64,000 bases of DNA from an uncultured Gemmatimonadales bacterium. Lineage in GTDB: Bacteria; Gemmatimonadota; Gemmatimonadetes; Gemmatimonadales; JACORV01. The notes below the pieces were generated by a model, which was not told where the DNA came from, did no database searches, and worked only from the letters and a program-made list of their open reading frames with translations. A program made the position numbers and the translations under genes. Within the stretch, counting starts at the first letter, position 1, and every line of letters starts with the position of its first letter. Positions 29,118 through 39,048 of the stretch are shown one piece after another. Location of the stretch: NCBI GenBank assembly GCA_963835535.1, contig CAWIFL010000002.1:649011-713010 (forward strand), in the 5' to 3' direction.

Positions 29118-29951
29118 CTACATCGCCTTCGAGAACACCAGCACCCTGGTACTAACGTCCGCAGGCAAGACCTTGGCAAGCGAGTAGTCAAGCGCCGAGC
29201 ATGCACGATCGAGACTGCGCCACCGCAGCCGATCCACCATGAGCTTGAGGATCGCGTAGTAGGCCTGGAACTTAAAGACACTCACCAGCGTCATGCTCCG
29301 CCGCTCGAACTCGCGAACGATCTCTTTGAAGTAAAAATGGTTGACGTGCGCTCCCGGATGGTGATTGTACGGCTGAGCTTTCCACCGAAGGGTCTTCCAA
29401 TTGACGTCGTGCAGAACTGAATATCCGCCAAAGACCGACGGCACGATGACCAGGCAGAGGCCGCCGCATGGGAGCATGGTGCCGATCCGGTCCAGCCATA
29501 GCCGATACTCGACAATGTGCTCGAGGACCGAGTCCAGCAGAACTACCGAGAAACATCCGTCGAGGTCAATGTCCGGAAAACGGCCCGAGATGAAGTGGAT
29601 GTTGCGCAAGCCTTCGGCATCGGCCAGCACCGCTCCGCATCGGATGGCGTCCCCGTCGACATCCAGACAGACGAACTCCCTCGGGCATTGCCTGGCCAAC
29701 TCGCGCGTCACGCTCCCTGTTCCGCCGCCAATGTCAAGAACCGGGAGGGCGATGTCGCAGCCGTGGACCTGACGCACCAGGAATTCGACCTTCTTCCTCT
29801 GTATGTAATTGAGCGTAGGCGCGAACAAGGCCTGTAGCTGCTCATCGCTGAGCGAGGATATCGACCAGCCATAGACGCGAGTCCACGGCGCGGCGACGTT
29901 CTTCTCCTGCAGAATGCGGCGGATCTCACCCAATGCGGCGGACGCTCTCAT
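29118..29951 (-). CDS. Class I SAM-dependent methyltransferase
   Basis: SAM motif I VLDIGGGTGSVTRELA, with downstream acidic and motif II/III residues. ATG 29951 forms an ATGA overlap with the upstream stop. Confidence 0.75.
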   Translation of the reverse strand: MRASAALGEIRRILQEKNVAAPWTRVYGWSISSLSDEQLQALFAPTLNYIQRKKVEFLVRQVHGCDIALPVLDIGGGTGSVTRELARQCPREFVCLDVDGDAIRCGAVLADAEGLRNIHFISGRFPDIDLDGCFSVVLLDSVLEHIVEYRLWLDRIGTMLPCGGLCLVIVPSVFGGYSVLHDVNWKTLRWKAQPYNHHPGAHVNHFYFKEIVREFERRSMTLVSVFKFQAYYAILKLMVDRLRWRSLDRACSALDYSLAKVLPADVSTRVLVFSKAM

Positions 29952-30823
29952 CTGCAAGCACCGTTCATGGCCATCGGAGCCTCGATCCGGCACACTGCGT
30001 CCCATCGCAGCGTCTCTCCCTTGCCCAGTCGGGCCATGGGATAGGCGCTCGGCGAAAAGACGCGAGCGAGCCTGCCCCGCCATGGGCGCCGCTCACCGCG
30101 GTACCACAATGCCTCCCTGAAGAGCGGCACCGCCAGCAGCGGAGCGCTCACGATCCGTGGCAACGACCGCGTACCGAACCACCGGGAGCACAGCTTGATC
30201 ACTTCCCTATCCCAGGACCCCGGCAGCATCCGGAGGTGGAGCGTCCAGGCGCCGTCGCCATCGCGGAGATAGACGTGAGCCCTCATGCGGGCCGGCACGG
30301 TCGCTCCGACGGCCACGACGCGCACGGAGAAGCGGTCGTTTCCGACGGAGGCCTCTTCAACCGGGTACTGGTAGTGCACGCGACTCTCGGCGTACGGCAG
30401 GGCGCGGCCGGCGATATATCCCCTGGGGAACCAGGAGGCTAGAAATCGATAGCGCAGGACGAAATCCATCAGCGTGGTGTCTTCCAGGCAGGTCAGCGTG
30501 CACGTCCGGCGGAACGCGCGCGGCCCCTCCAGCCGCTCCGCAAGCTCCAGTCGAACCATCCCCTCCCGCAGTCGCACGATCTGGAGCAGATCGCGACCAT
30601 CGCCCCTGGTCGTTGCCTGCTCCTCGAGCAACTCGTACCGGTACCCGACGCCGTCCTCCAGGGAGTAGAACGCCGACGAGTCGGCGAACTCGACGCCCCA
30701 GGGTAGAATGGCGTTCTGGCCGTCCACGGACAGCTCCCGGAGGGCCCTCCCCCCGTAGACCGGGCCGGAAAACTCCGGCAACGGAGGAGCCGCGCGCGTC
30801 TCGGCAGCGCCGCCGGCCGTCAC
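29948..30823 (-). CDS. Hypothetical protein, no recognisable family
   Basis: 291-aa ORF with GTGA and ATGA coupling to both neighbours, coding-like composition, no signal peptide and no TM segment. Confidence 0.55.
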   Translation of the reverse strand: MTAGGAAETRAAPPLPEFSGPVYGGRALRELSVDGQNAILPWGVEFADSSAFYSLEDGVGYRYELLEEQATTRGDGRDLLQIVRLREGMVRLELAERLEGPRAFRRTCTLTCLEDTTLMDFVLRYRFLASWFPRGYIAGRALPYAESRVHYQYPVEEASVGNDRFSVRVVAVGATVPARMRAHVYLRDGDGAWTLHLRMLPGSWDREVIKLCSRWFGTRSLPRIVSAPLLAVPLFREALWYRGERRPWRGRLARVFSPSAYPMARLGKGETLRWDAVCRIEAPMAMNGACR

Positions 30824-31734
30824 TCCAGGCTCCCACCGACGAGCAGCTGCGCGTACCGCAGCCAGGCCTTGCCGTTGCCCTTCCAGAGCGCGATGGACCT
30901 CCTAAGGGCCGTTTTGGCGAGATCACGGTCGCCCGCCAGGGCCGCCCGGTGAGCCAGCCAGCGGTACTTCTCCGAGAGGTTCTTGGTCATGCCCGTCCGC
31001 TCGTAGAGAGCCGCATGCTTCGCGTAGCATCGATGGAATCCTTCGAGCGCCCCGGGCGAGGTGCCGATCCTCGCCCTGCCGTGCTTGTGATGCAGAGCCA
31101 GCACTTCCTGCGCCAGATCCACGTCGTACCCGGCCTCGGCGATTCGCGTCCACATGTCCCAGTCCTGACAGCTCGGCAGGCTTTCGTCGAACCATCCCGC
31201 CCTCTCCAGCACCGCGCGTCGGACAACGACCGTGGGCGAAGGGACGAAGCACGCATCCAGCAGTTCCGCGAGGACGCACCCGCGGTGGGCGGCGCGGTAC
31301 CGCTCCAGGACGGTGCCGTCCTCGTCCACGGCGTCCGCCCATGCATAGACCAGTCCCAGCCGTTCCCCCGAGGCCCGCACCACCGCCGCCTGCCGCTCGA
31401 GCTTGGCCGGCAGCCATTCGTCATCATCGTCCACAAAGGCGACCAGCTCCCCCTGCGACTCCGCGATGCCCCGGTTCCGGCAATACTGGGCGCCCCGGTT
31501 CTCCTTGTTTCTCAGGAACCGCAGCGGAAAGTCCCTAGAGAACTGCGCCTCGACGCGCTCGTAGGCCTGGCGGTCCGCCGATGCGTCGTCAACGACCACG
31601 ACGTCGAAGTCCCTGAATGACTGGCGCCGGATGGACTCGAGCAGGCGCGCCAGGAAGTCCGCACGGTTGAAGCTCGGGATCACGACGCTGAACAGGCTCA
31701 CGGAAGCACCCCGAGACGCAGACGGACCGTGCAT
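30820..31734 (-). CDS. GT2 glycosyltransferase
   Basis: FSVVIPSFNRADFLARLLESI, VVVVDDASAD and VAFVDDDDEW (DxD) motifs. Alternative start at GTG 31701, which forms a GTGA overlap with the upstream stop. Confidence 0.8.
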   Translation of the reverse strand: MHGPSASRGASVSLFSVVIPSFNRADFLARLLESIRRQSFRDFDVVVVDDASADRQAYERVEAQFSRDFPLRFLRNKENRGAQYCRNRGIAESQGELVAFVDDDDEWLPAKLERQAAVVRASGERLGLVYAWADAVDEDGTVLERYRAAHRGCVLAELLDACFVPSPTVVVRRAVLERAGWFDESLPSCQDWDMWTRIAEAGYDVDLAQEVLALHHKHGRARIGTSPGALEGFHRCYAKHAALYERTGMTKNLSEKYRWLAHRAALAGDRDLAKTALRRSIALWKGNGKAWLRYAQLLVGGSLE

Positions 31735-33269
31735 CGCGCCGACGGCTCCCGCGCGACCAGGACCTGCAGCGGCCCGCCCCAGTAATACTCCCGGGTCGGC
31801 TGAATCTCCATGGGCACCGAGAACTCCACGACCGCACCGCCGCGGACGACGAAGGTGCGCTCGTCCCGGCGCAGCACCTGGTCGAACAGGTAGCGCGCGA
31901 AGGGCTTCCCCGCACCGAGCATCAAGTCCTGCACGACGATTCCATCGTCCGCGAAGCGGAACCGCCGCACCAGAAGCCCCCGCAGCGTCAGAACCACCAA
32001 GCAGTTGCCCAAGAAGAGCGACCACAGGCGTCCGTCCCGCAACAGCCGGCGGCGCCCCCTTCGCTCGATCGCCGGTAGGGGAATGCCGGCCGAGGAGTAC
32101 AGCGTGGAACCAAACTGCTCGCCACCGTACGAGGGAGTGACTCGCTTCCCGTTCCACACCACGTACGGAAACGGCAAGTCGTTCGTCCAGTAACCGCCTC
32201 CCCCGCCCCAGCCTCCGCCCGGCCGCGATACGACCGCCTCATAGCTGCGGGTGCGCGACACCAAGAAGTCGCGGTCCCGGTAGCCGGCCGGCGGCGGGGC
32301 CTGCTCGCGGGGAGGCGCCCCGTCGAGCACGTCCGCGGCCTTCCCCAAGAAGACGCCCAGAAACGGGAGGTAGTCGAAGTAGTTGTTGTAGGCGTACCAT
32401 CCCGGGAACCGGGGATCGCCGGCCGCCTCCGAAGGCGGATATCCTTCCTCGACTTCGTTCAGCACCAGCGGGAAGCTCCCATCGGAACGCCGGTGACCTT
32501 CCAGGTAGGCTACGCATCGCGCGAGGGCCGACAAGTGGCGGGGGGTCCCGAACTGCCGGTACGCGATCGCGAGGAGGCAGGCGAGCGCCCCGTAGCCGAA
32601 CGACTGCTCTTGTCCCCGCCCCACGTAGAGCGTGTCGCCCGTCCGAAGAACGAAGGGCTCGATGAAGTTCGCCGCGTGGCGGAAGCGGTCCAGGAAGAAC
32701 GGCTCCCCCCCAAGCGCGTGGATCTCCGCGACCAGGACGGCCGAGAAGCAATGGTACTGGAAGCTGCGCACGTTCGGCTGGTCGCAAATCAGCCCGGACC
32801 GCGACTGGCAGCGGCGGAGGACGTCGGCCGCCGCGCGCGACGCCTCGGCGGTCTCGATGCCGGCCAGGTGGCGCGTGCACGATCGCAGGAGCGCCCAGTT
32901 CGTTACGGGCGTGCCTCGAAACCGGAGCGGTAGCGCAAGTTCCTTCACTGCCTGATCGCCGGTCGTCCGGTACAGAGAGCACCAGGCGTACTTGTTGAAC
33001 TCCCAATGGAAGGACGGATCCTCCTTGTCCTTCTCGCGGTAGAGGTCGAACAGCCGCGGCACCAAGGAGGCATATGGCGAGCCCGGCTGCCCGAGCAGTA
33101 GCGCCGAGAACGATTCGCCGTAGAAGGAGCGCGCGGGCAGCTTCCCATGCGAGAGCAGCACGCCGTGGAGGTAGCTCGCTATGCCATCGGACAGACCGCG
33201 AAGGCGCCGGGCGAGGCCGACGGGCGCCGCCCAATCTTCCGCCGGAGCCATCGGTGGAGGCCCGGTCAT
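31698..33269 (-). CDS. Hypothetical 523-aa cytoplasmic protein, possibly alpha/alpha-toroid plus beta-sandwich (heparinase II/III-like)
   Basis: ATG 33269 forms an ATGA overlap with the upstream stop. No signal peptide. Helical N-terminal two-thirds with SDGSFPLVLNE and WYAYNNYFDYLPFLG, and a beta-rich C-terminal third. The family assignment is only an impression. Confidence 0.4.
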   Translation of the reverse strand: MTGPPPMAPAEDWAAPVGLARRLRGLSDGIASYLHGVLLSHGKLPARSFYGESFSALLLGQPGSPYASLVPRLFDLYREKDKEDPSFHWEFNKYAWCSLYRTTGDQAVKELALPLRFRGTPVTNWALLRSCTRHLAGIETAEASRAAADVLRRCQSRSGLICDQPNVRSFQYHCFSAVLVAEIHALGGEPFFLDRFRHAANFIEPFVLRTGDTLYVGRGQEQSFGYGALACLLAIAYRQFGTPRHLSALARCVAYLEGHRRSDGSFPLVLNEVEEGYPPSEAAGDPRFPGWYAYNNYFDYLPFLGVFLGKAADVLDGAPPREQAPPPAGYRDRDFLVSRTRSYEAVVSRPGGGWGGGGGYWTNDLPFPYVVWNGKRVTPSYGGEQFGSTLYSSAGIPLPAIERRGRRRLLRDGRLWSLFLGNCLVVLTLRGLLVRRFRFADDGIVVQDLMLGAGKPFARYLFDQVLRRDERTFVVRGGAVVEFSVPMEIQPTREYYWGGPLQVLVAREPSARCTVRLRLGVLP

Positions 33270-34321
33270 TCGGGAGGCCTTCCCGCGCGGCGCCGCACGC
33301 GAGCGATCGCGTCCAGCCACTTCTTCTTCCAGTCCTGGTAGCCGTGGTGTCGCACCACGTACTCGCGGGCCCGCACGGAGAAGACCGCGTGCGCGGCTCG
33401 AATCGTGGGGAGCCGGTCCGCAAACTTCTGCGCTACAGTTTCCCAGGGGCCACCCACAACGAATTCCGGGATCTCGCGCGCGATATCCGGTCCGGCGCCG
33501 ACCGACGTCATCACGATGGGCGTGCCGCACGCCATGGCCTCGAGCGCCACGATGCCGCACCCTTCGAAACGGCTAGGAAGGAGCAAGACGCTGTAACGGG
33601 TGTAATACGAAGGCAGCTCCTCGTTGGGGACGTTGCCGAGCCAGCCAAGCCGGGAGTCGCGCGGCCGGACCGAGGTCACGCAGTCGATGGGTACGCCAGC
33701 GTCGGCCAGCTTCCCGAGGATGTCAAACCCCTTCCCGAAGTAGTCGGAAGAACCGACGAACAGACACCGCTGGCTCTTCGGGATGTCCGGAGCGGGTCGG
33801 AACCGTTCCACATCTATGGCGTTGTCTATGACCATGTCCACGTGGACGCCCTGCTCTTCGAGCACGCGCGCGAGGGTGCGCGAGACCGCGACCACGTATT
33901 TCCCGCTGGCCCCGATCTTCTGCTGGTCCGCCAGCCGCATCAGCCCGCGGTACCTGCGCTCGGCGATCCAGGGACGCAACGCCCTGGCATATCCGAAGTA
34001 GCAACCGTGAAAGGTGTTGACCGCCGCCGGGTGGCGCACGCCGAAGCTGAACTCGCCGTTGCAGATGACCACGTCAGTGTTCGCCGAGTGATGCCGGGCA
34101 AAGTGACGGGCCAGCAAGCGGTTGAGCCCAAAGAGCCTCTTCTTCAACCGAACCAACGCTCCGCCGCCGATGGCCTCCTGGCTTATGACTCGAGTCTCGA
34201 ACCCCTCCTGGTCCAGCATCGCGACCAGCATCGCGTTCACCGTCTCGACGCCGCCGTGATACCTGGCGTGAGGCGTCAGAACGGCCACCGATGGACGTCT
34301 CGCGGACGGCTCCGGGATCAT
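33266..34321 (-). CDS. GT4 glycosyltransferase
   Basis: ATG 34321 (MIPEPSARRPSVAVLTP) forms an ATGA overlap. C-terminal LLPSRFEGCGIVALEAMACGTPIVMTSVGAGPDI signature. Confidence 0.8.
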   Translation of the reverse strand: MIPEPSARRPSVAVLTPHARYHGGVETVNAMLVAMLDQEGFETRVISQEAIGGGALVRLKKRLFGLNRLLARHFARHHSANTDVVICNGEFSFGVRHPAAVNTFHGCYFGYARALRPWIAERRYRGLMRLADQQKIGASGKYVVAVSRTLARVLEEQGVHVDMVIDNAIDVERFRPAPDIPKSQRCLFVGSSDYFGKGFDILGKLADAGVPIDCVTSVRPRDSRLGWLGNVPNEELPSYYTRYSVLLLPSRFEGCGIVALEAMACGTPIVMTSVGAGPDIAREIPEFVVGGPWETVAQKFADRLPTIRAAHAVFSVRAREYVVRHHGYQDWKKKWLDAIARVRRRAGRPPE

Positions 34322-35280
34322 CGGAGGCCCCAGCGCCGCAGCGCCTGGCCCACGTAGTGCCTCGCCAGGCGCCCGACCACGTGTGCCGCGACGAAACGAC
34401 CCTGCATGTACAGGATGGGCGCCCGTATGCCCAGCCGGTCGCGAATCACGCCGCGATGCCTCCGGAGCACCTTCCAGTTGTTCCGGCAGGCCCTCCATTC
34501 ATATCCGATCGGGGTCGTAGAGGCGCGGCAACCGCCTCCGTCCCGGGTTCGCGTGAGGTCCACTAGGACCGGACGGACGCAGGCGATCATCCGGAATCCC
34601 GCGGCGATCGCCTTCAGCTGGAAATCGGTTTCGTCCCGGTAGCCGCTGGTTCCGAGCGTCTCGTCGTAGCTCACCCTGTCGAGCACGGCCCGGCGCATCA
34701 GCATCACCCCGCAAGCCAGCGGCGTGACGACCGAGGCCGGAAACGTCGTAGCGGCGAGCACGCTTCGCGAACAAAGCTCCAGCGTGTGCCGGTGGAACAG
34801 CGGCGGCGCCCCAGCCGCGGACGCGGCGATCGACGGCAGCCCGTCGAGCACCGCCGACTCCGGAAGGATGTGGAGCGGCGCTGCGATATCGGCGTCCTGC
34901 GCCTCCATCTCCCGTGACATGATCACCAGCCCCTCGTCTGGCACCGGCAGCATGTCGTCATCTGCGAAGAACACCAGCGGCGCCGTCGCTTCGCGCGCGC
35001 CCGCGTTCCGCGCGGCGGATGGCCCCAGATTCGTTGGGAGATGAACGCATGTTAGGTGCATGCCCCGTCGCGCCTCATCCTCGAGCCACTGCCGCGACCC
35101 ATCGGTGCTACCGTCGTTGACCACGATGACGCGACGAACCTCCGGTCGTCGGAGGTAGAAGGCCGCGACTCGCGGCAATGCCCACAGCCGGTTGTAGGTG
35201 GGAATTACGACGTCTATGACGCCCGCCAGGCCCGTGTTCACCCCCTGCGGCGCAGTGCGGTGCTCGTCCCGATGGGCCAT
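34318..35280 (-). CDS. GT2 glycosyltransferase
   Basis: IDVVIPTYNRLWAL, VIVVNDGSTDGS and FFADDDM motifs. Intact 320-aa ORF. Confidence 0.8.
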   Translation of the reverse strand: MAHRDEHRTAPQGVNTGLAGVIDVVIPTYNRLWALPRVAAFYLRRPEVRRVIVVNDGSTDGSRQWLEDEARRGMHLTCVHLPTNLGPSAARNAGAREATAPLVFFADDDMLPVPDEGLVIMSREMEAQDADIAAPLHILPESAVLDGLPSIAASAAGAPPLFHRHTLELCSRSVLAATTFPASVVTPLACGVMLMRRAVLDRVSYDETLGTSGYRDETDFQLKAIAAGFRMIACVRPVLVDLTRTRDGGGCRASTTPIGYEWRACRNNWKVLRRHRGVIRDRLGIRAPILYMQGRFVAAHVVGRLARHYVGQALRRWGLR

Positions 35281-35284
35281 CGCA

Positions 35285-36037
35285 CTAGATGAGGTGCTTC
35301 CTGAGGCCGTGCCACGCGTAGCTGACCATCATCCGCGCCGACGCGACGAGGCCGAGCCCCTCCCGTCTTCGATAGATGCCCCAGGTCATTAGATACCCGC
35401 GCACCTTGTTCGCGGAGAGCGAATTGGCCCGCACGCGATAGATCGTCAGCGGCTCCGGCATGCCATAGGCCCTGTGCCCTTCGTGGAGAATCTCCAGCCA
35501 CAGCGCATAGTCATGGGACCGGCGCAAGTCAGGGAAGAACCGGGGTCCGAGCACGTTCCTGTCAAGCATGACAGTCGAGCATCCGATGGCATTCGTCCCC
35601 AGCAGGGACTTGTAGCTCACCTGCAACGGCGGACGGAACACGCGACCGGACAAAACACCGTCTTCCGAGGACTTCTCGTAGGCGGTGTAGCTGAGAGCGG
35701 CCCCCGTCACCTCCATGAGGGCAAGCTGCCGGGCGAGCTTCTCGGGCCTCCAGAGGTCATCCGCGTCGAGAAAGGCGACAAACCTGCCCTGCGCCAGCTT
35801 CAACCCGTGGTTGCGCGCGGCGGCTCCGCCTCGCGGGTGAGCCAGACGTTCCAGGCGCACCCGGGGATCCTCCCCACTATGCTCGAGCGCGATCGCCGCC
35901 GAGTCGTCTCGGGACCCGTCATCTATAACCAGCAGCTCCCAATCCCTGAACGTCTGCCCCTGGACCGATCGTATCGCCACGTCCAGCCAGCGACCGGCGT
36001 TGTGGCACGGGGTAATGACGGAAACCAGGGGCGTCAT
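35285..36037 (-). CDS. GT2 glycosyltransferase
   Basis: ATG 36037 (MTPLVSVITPCHNAGRWLDVAIRSV). LLVIDDGSRDDS and FLDADDLW motifs. As assembled, the upstream gene reads into it without a stop. Confidence 0.75.
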   Translation of the reverse strand: MTPLVSVITPCHNAGRWLDVAIRSVQGQTFRDWELLVIDDGSRDDSAAIALEHSGEDPRVRLERLAHPRGGAAARNHGLKLAQGRFVAFLDADDLWRPEKLARQLALMEVTGAALSYTAYEKSSEDGVLSGRVFRPPLQVSYKSLLGTNAIGCSTVMLDRNVLGPRFFPDLRRSHDYALWLEILHEGHRAYGMPEPLTIYRVRANSLSANKVRGYLMTWGIYRRREGLGLVASARMMVSYAWHGLRKHLI

Positions 36038-37049
36038 GACCCCCGCCCCCAACACCACGGTCACGATGATAATGGGCAAGTAAGCGATCATCACTCCCAG
36101 CGATCCGTCCAGCGATCCCCGCGCGACCAGTACGGCGAGGGGCAGCAACCAGCAGAGATTGATGACGCCGACCGAGATGGTGACCGGCCGGTGCGCGCCC
36201 CACAACTGGGCCGCGTGCTGGTAGGCGTGGCTCCGGTGCGCCTCGTAGAACCTGTCGCCCCGCGCCACACGGCGAATCAGCGTCACCGTAGCGTCTACCA
36301 CGAAGACACCGAGCAGTACCGCCCAGCTCCAGAAGAGCCGGGGCGCCAGCCAGCCCGCCTGCAGCGAGAGCGCCGCCAGCATCAGCCCGAGAAAGCCGCT
36401 GCCGGAATCGCCCATGAAAATCTTCGCCGGGGGCCAGTTCCAGACCAGAAAACCCGCGGTCGCCGCCGCCAGCACCAGCGGGACAAGCCACTGTGAAGAT
36501 CCCGGGGCCGCGATGAGGGCAGACAGCACGCCGCCCAAGCAGACCGTGATCCCCTCGACGCCGGCGATGCCGTCTATGCCGTCCATGAAGTTGGTGAGGT
36601 TGAGCAGCCACACCAGGTACAGGGCTGCGAGAACGTAGCCGACAAAGCCGAAGTGGTGCTCCGACCCGAGCAGCGGGACGGGCGGCATACCGCCCAGCCA
36701 CACTAGGATCCACCCAGCGGCGACGAAAGGGCGCCAGCAGGCGCCACTGCGGCGCGATGTGCCGATGGTCGTCCACCGCGCCGATCGCGGCGACGATCGC
36801 CCCTCCGCCCGGAAGGCCCCACACCACGGACCAGTCCTCGAGGCCCATCCACCCCAGCACCGGCAGTGCGGCCAGCGTGGTCAGCGCGATGGCGATCCCG
36901 CCGCCGCGCGGCGTCGGCCGCGTGTGCGAGCTGCGCGCGTTGGGGAGATCCATCACCTCGCGGCGGACGGCGTAGCGCTGCGCCGCGCCGGCCAGGAGCC
37001 AGCTCAATGCCGCCGCCGCGGCGCCAAGGAACAGCCAGTGAAGACTCAC
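36038..37049 (-). CDS. Polyprenyl-phosphate N-acetylhexosamine-1-phosphate transferase (WbpL/WecA/MraY family, GT4-PNPT); one internal frameshift and no stop as assembled
   Basis: GTG 37049 forms a GTGA overlap with the epimerase stop. The N-terminal part carries MDLPNARSSHTRPTPRGGGIAI. After a frame switch near 36725-36735 it continues NLTNFMDGIDGIAG...FMGDSGSGFLG. Confidence 0.75.
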
Positions 37050-38042
37050 GCCGACGGCATCCGCCGGGCCCGAAACCAGGCCGCGGTCGCGGCCAGACCC
37101 GCTGACAGGCTGTGCGGCGGGACGTACCCGGTTCTCCTCAGCCGCGTCGAGTCGAGGACCAGCGAACCGGTCAGACCGTCCATGCCGTTCGCACTTATCC
37201 CGATAGGCACCACTCGCGAAACAAGCTCCGCGATCACTCCCCCCAGTCGCAGCAGCGCCGGCGGCACGGCCACCAGGCGGGCCGGGACATCGAGGGCCTG
37301 CGCGACCGCCCGCACGAGAAGCGGCGTGGACACGATCTCGGGGTCCGCAACCACGTACGTGCCCTCCGACCTCCCGTCGGCCAGAACCGCGAGCAGCGCC
37401 GCAACGAGGTTGCCGACGAACAGCATGCTGCGCTGGTTCCTGACGGCGCCCACGGGGATCGGAAGCCCACGGTCCACGACCTGGAACAAGCCGAAGCAGG
37501 TTGCCCTTCATGCCCGGCCCGTATACGAGCGGAGGGCGGAAGATCAGCGCTCTCATCCCGGCGCCGGCGGCCACTTCACGCACCAGGCCCTCGGCCTCCA
37601 GCTTGCTCACGCCGTACGCGCTGACCGGCGCCGGCGCCGTCGCTTCGTTGACGGGCCGCTCACTCTTCCCGCACGTCGCGGCGATAGAGCTCATGAAGAG
37701 GAAATGCCGCACGCCAGCGCGCTCCGATTCCTCGAGCAGCGCCCGCGTGCCCTCCACGTTGACGCGCCGGAATTCGTCGGACCTGAGGGCGTCCCGGATC
37801 ACGACGTGGACCGCACCCGCCAGGTGGACGACGGTACGCACGCCGTCCAGCGCAGCGCCGAGCGCGGCGCGATCGAGCAGATCCCCGGAGACGGCCGCGA
37901 CACCCGCCGGAAGTGACGTGGCGGGTGGCAGCACGAGCGCGCGCACCCTCATCCCGGAGCCGACGAGCGCCCGCGAGACGTGCTGGCCGATGAAGCCGGT
38001 GGCGCCCGTGACGAGCACAACGTCACCGCCGTCGCCTGCCAC
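37046..38042 (-). CDS. NAD-dependent sugar epimerase/dehydratase (extended SDR); one frameshift as assembled
   Basis: VLVTGATGFIGQHV, SSIAA and YGVSKLEAE motifs in the first frame. The C-terminal 147 aa (FQVVDRGLPIPVGAVRNQRSMLFVGNL...) lie in ORF 37046-37489. The switch is near 37483-37493. Confidence 0.75.
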
Positions 38043-38043
38043 G

Positions 38044-39048
38044 TCAGCTCCCACCCCCTGTCGGGCGCCCCGCTTCGAGCGCCTCCCGAATCCAGGCGGC
38101 CGTCTGGTCAACGCCCTGCTGGAGTGTGTAAGGGAGCGGGCCGCAGATCTCCTGCGTCGCCGACAGATCCAGCTGGTAAGCCGTCAACACGTTGTTAAGT
38201 CGGAATGTGTTGAACGGGAATCGACGAGCTCCGGCGAGGTTCAGAAGGTCCCCGACGTGCGCGGCCGTCCTGGCGACCATCAGGGGCATGGTACGGATCG
38301 GCGGGCCGCCGAGAGCGAGCCTAAACCGCTCCGCCCAATCTTCAATCGCGAGCGGCTCGTAGTCGGCGAGATAGAACACCCGGCGATGGATCCTCGCCGG
38401 CGGCGCCTCGGCCAGTCGCAGGTATTGGTGCACGACGTTGCCGATGTAGCCGTAGGATTTGCGGGTCGGCCCTCTGCCGACGTGGAAGTAGCGTCCGTCG
38501 CGCAGCATCCGGAAGAAGCGCAGATAGTGCGGGTTCATTCGCGCGCCCCAGATGGTCGTGGGACGCACCAGGCACCAGGGCACACCTCCGCCGTCGCCGG
38601 CGCGGACGATCTGCTCGGTGCGCACCTTGCTCCGGCCATACTGCGTGGTCGGGCAGTAATCCCCGTCGTGCGCCGCACGGTAGCCGATCCGGCACACCAG
38701 CTGCGTGGACGTGCACACGAACCGGCGCACGCCCGGCGTTGCGCCGATCGCCGCCACCAGGTGCTCGACACCGGCGATGTTGGCGGCGTATCCTGTTTCG
38801 AGATCGGCGTGCTCGTCGAGATCGGTCCGTGCGGCGAGGTGAAAAATGACTTCCGGTTGGAACCGCTGCAGTTGACCCGTCAAGCCAGGGAGGTCGAGCA
38901 GGTCGCAGTCACGCTGCTCCACGCCCTCGATCGGCGTGTGACCAGTCCGCCTGTCGAGCCCGAGAACCTGATCGCCGCGGCGCGCCAGAGCGTCCGCGAG
39001 GTGACTCCCGATGAAGCCTGAGGTACCGGTCACCAGCACCCTGGTCAT
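38044..39048 (-). CDS. NAD-dependent sugar epimerase/dehydratase (extended SDR)
   Basis: ATG 39048 (MTRVLVTGTSGFIGSHLADAL). YGRSK catalytic motif. First gene of the long minus-strand operon. A GGGGAG Shine-Dalgarno-like element lies 13 nt upstream. Confidence 0.8.
   Translation of the reverse strand: MTRVLVTGTSGFIGSHLADALARRGDQVLGLDRRTGHTPIEGVEQRDCDLLDLPGLTGQLQRFQPEVIFHLAARTDLDEHADLETGYAANIAGVEHLVAAIGATPGVRRFVCTSTQLVCRIGYRAAHDGDYCPTTQYGRSKVRTEQIVRAGDGGGVPWCLVRPTTIWGARMNPHYLRFFRMLRDGRYFHVGRGPTRKSYGYIGNVVHQYLRLAEAPPARIHRRVFYLADYEPLAIEDWAERFRLALGGPPIRTMPLMVARTAAHVGDLLNLAGARRFPFNTFRLNNVLTAYQLDLSATQEICGPLPYTLQQGVDQTAAWIREALEAGRPTGGGS

Noticed and set aside
35919-38111. 730-aa single ORF
   Set aside because: It is a chimera of the epimerase N-terminus, out-of-frame sequence, the WbpL N-terminus and further out-of-frame sequence. 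The true gene boundaries are marked by a GTGA overlap at 37046-37049.
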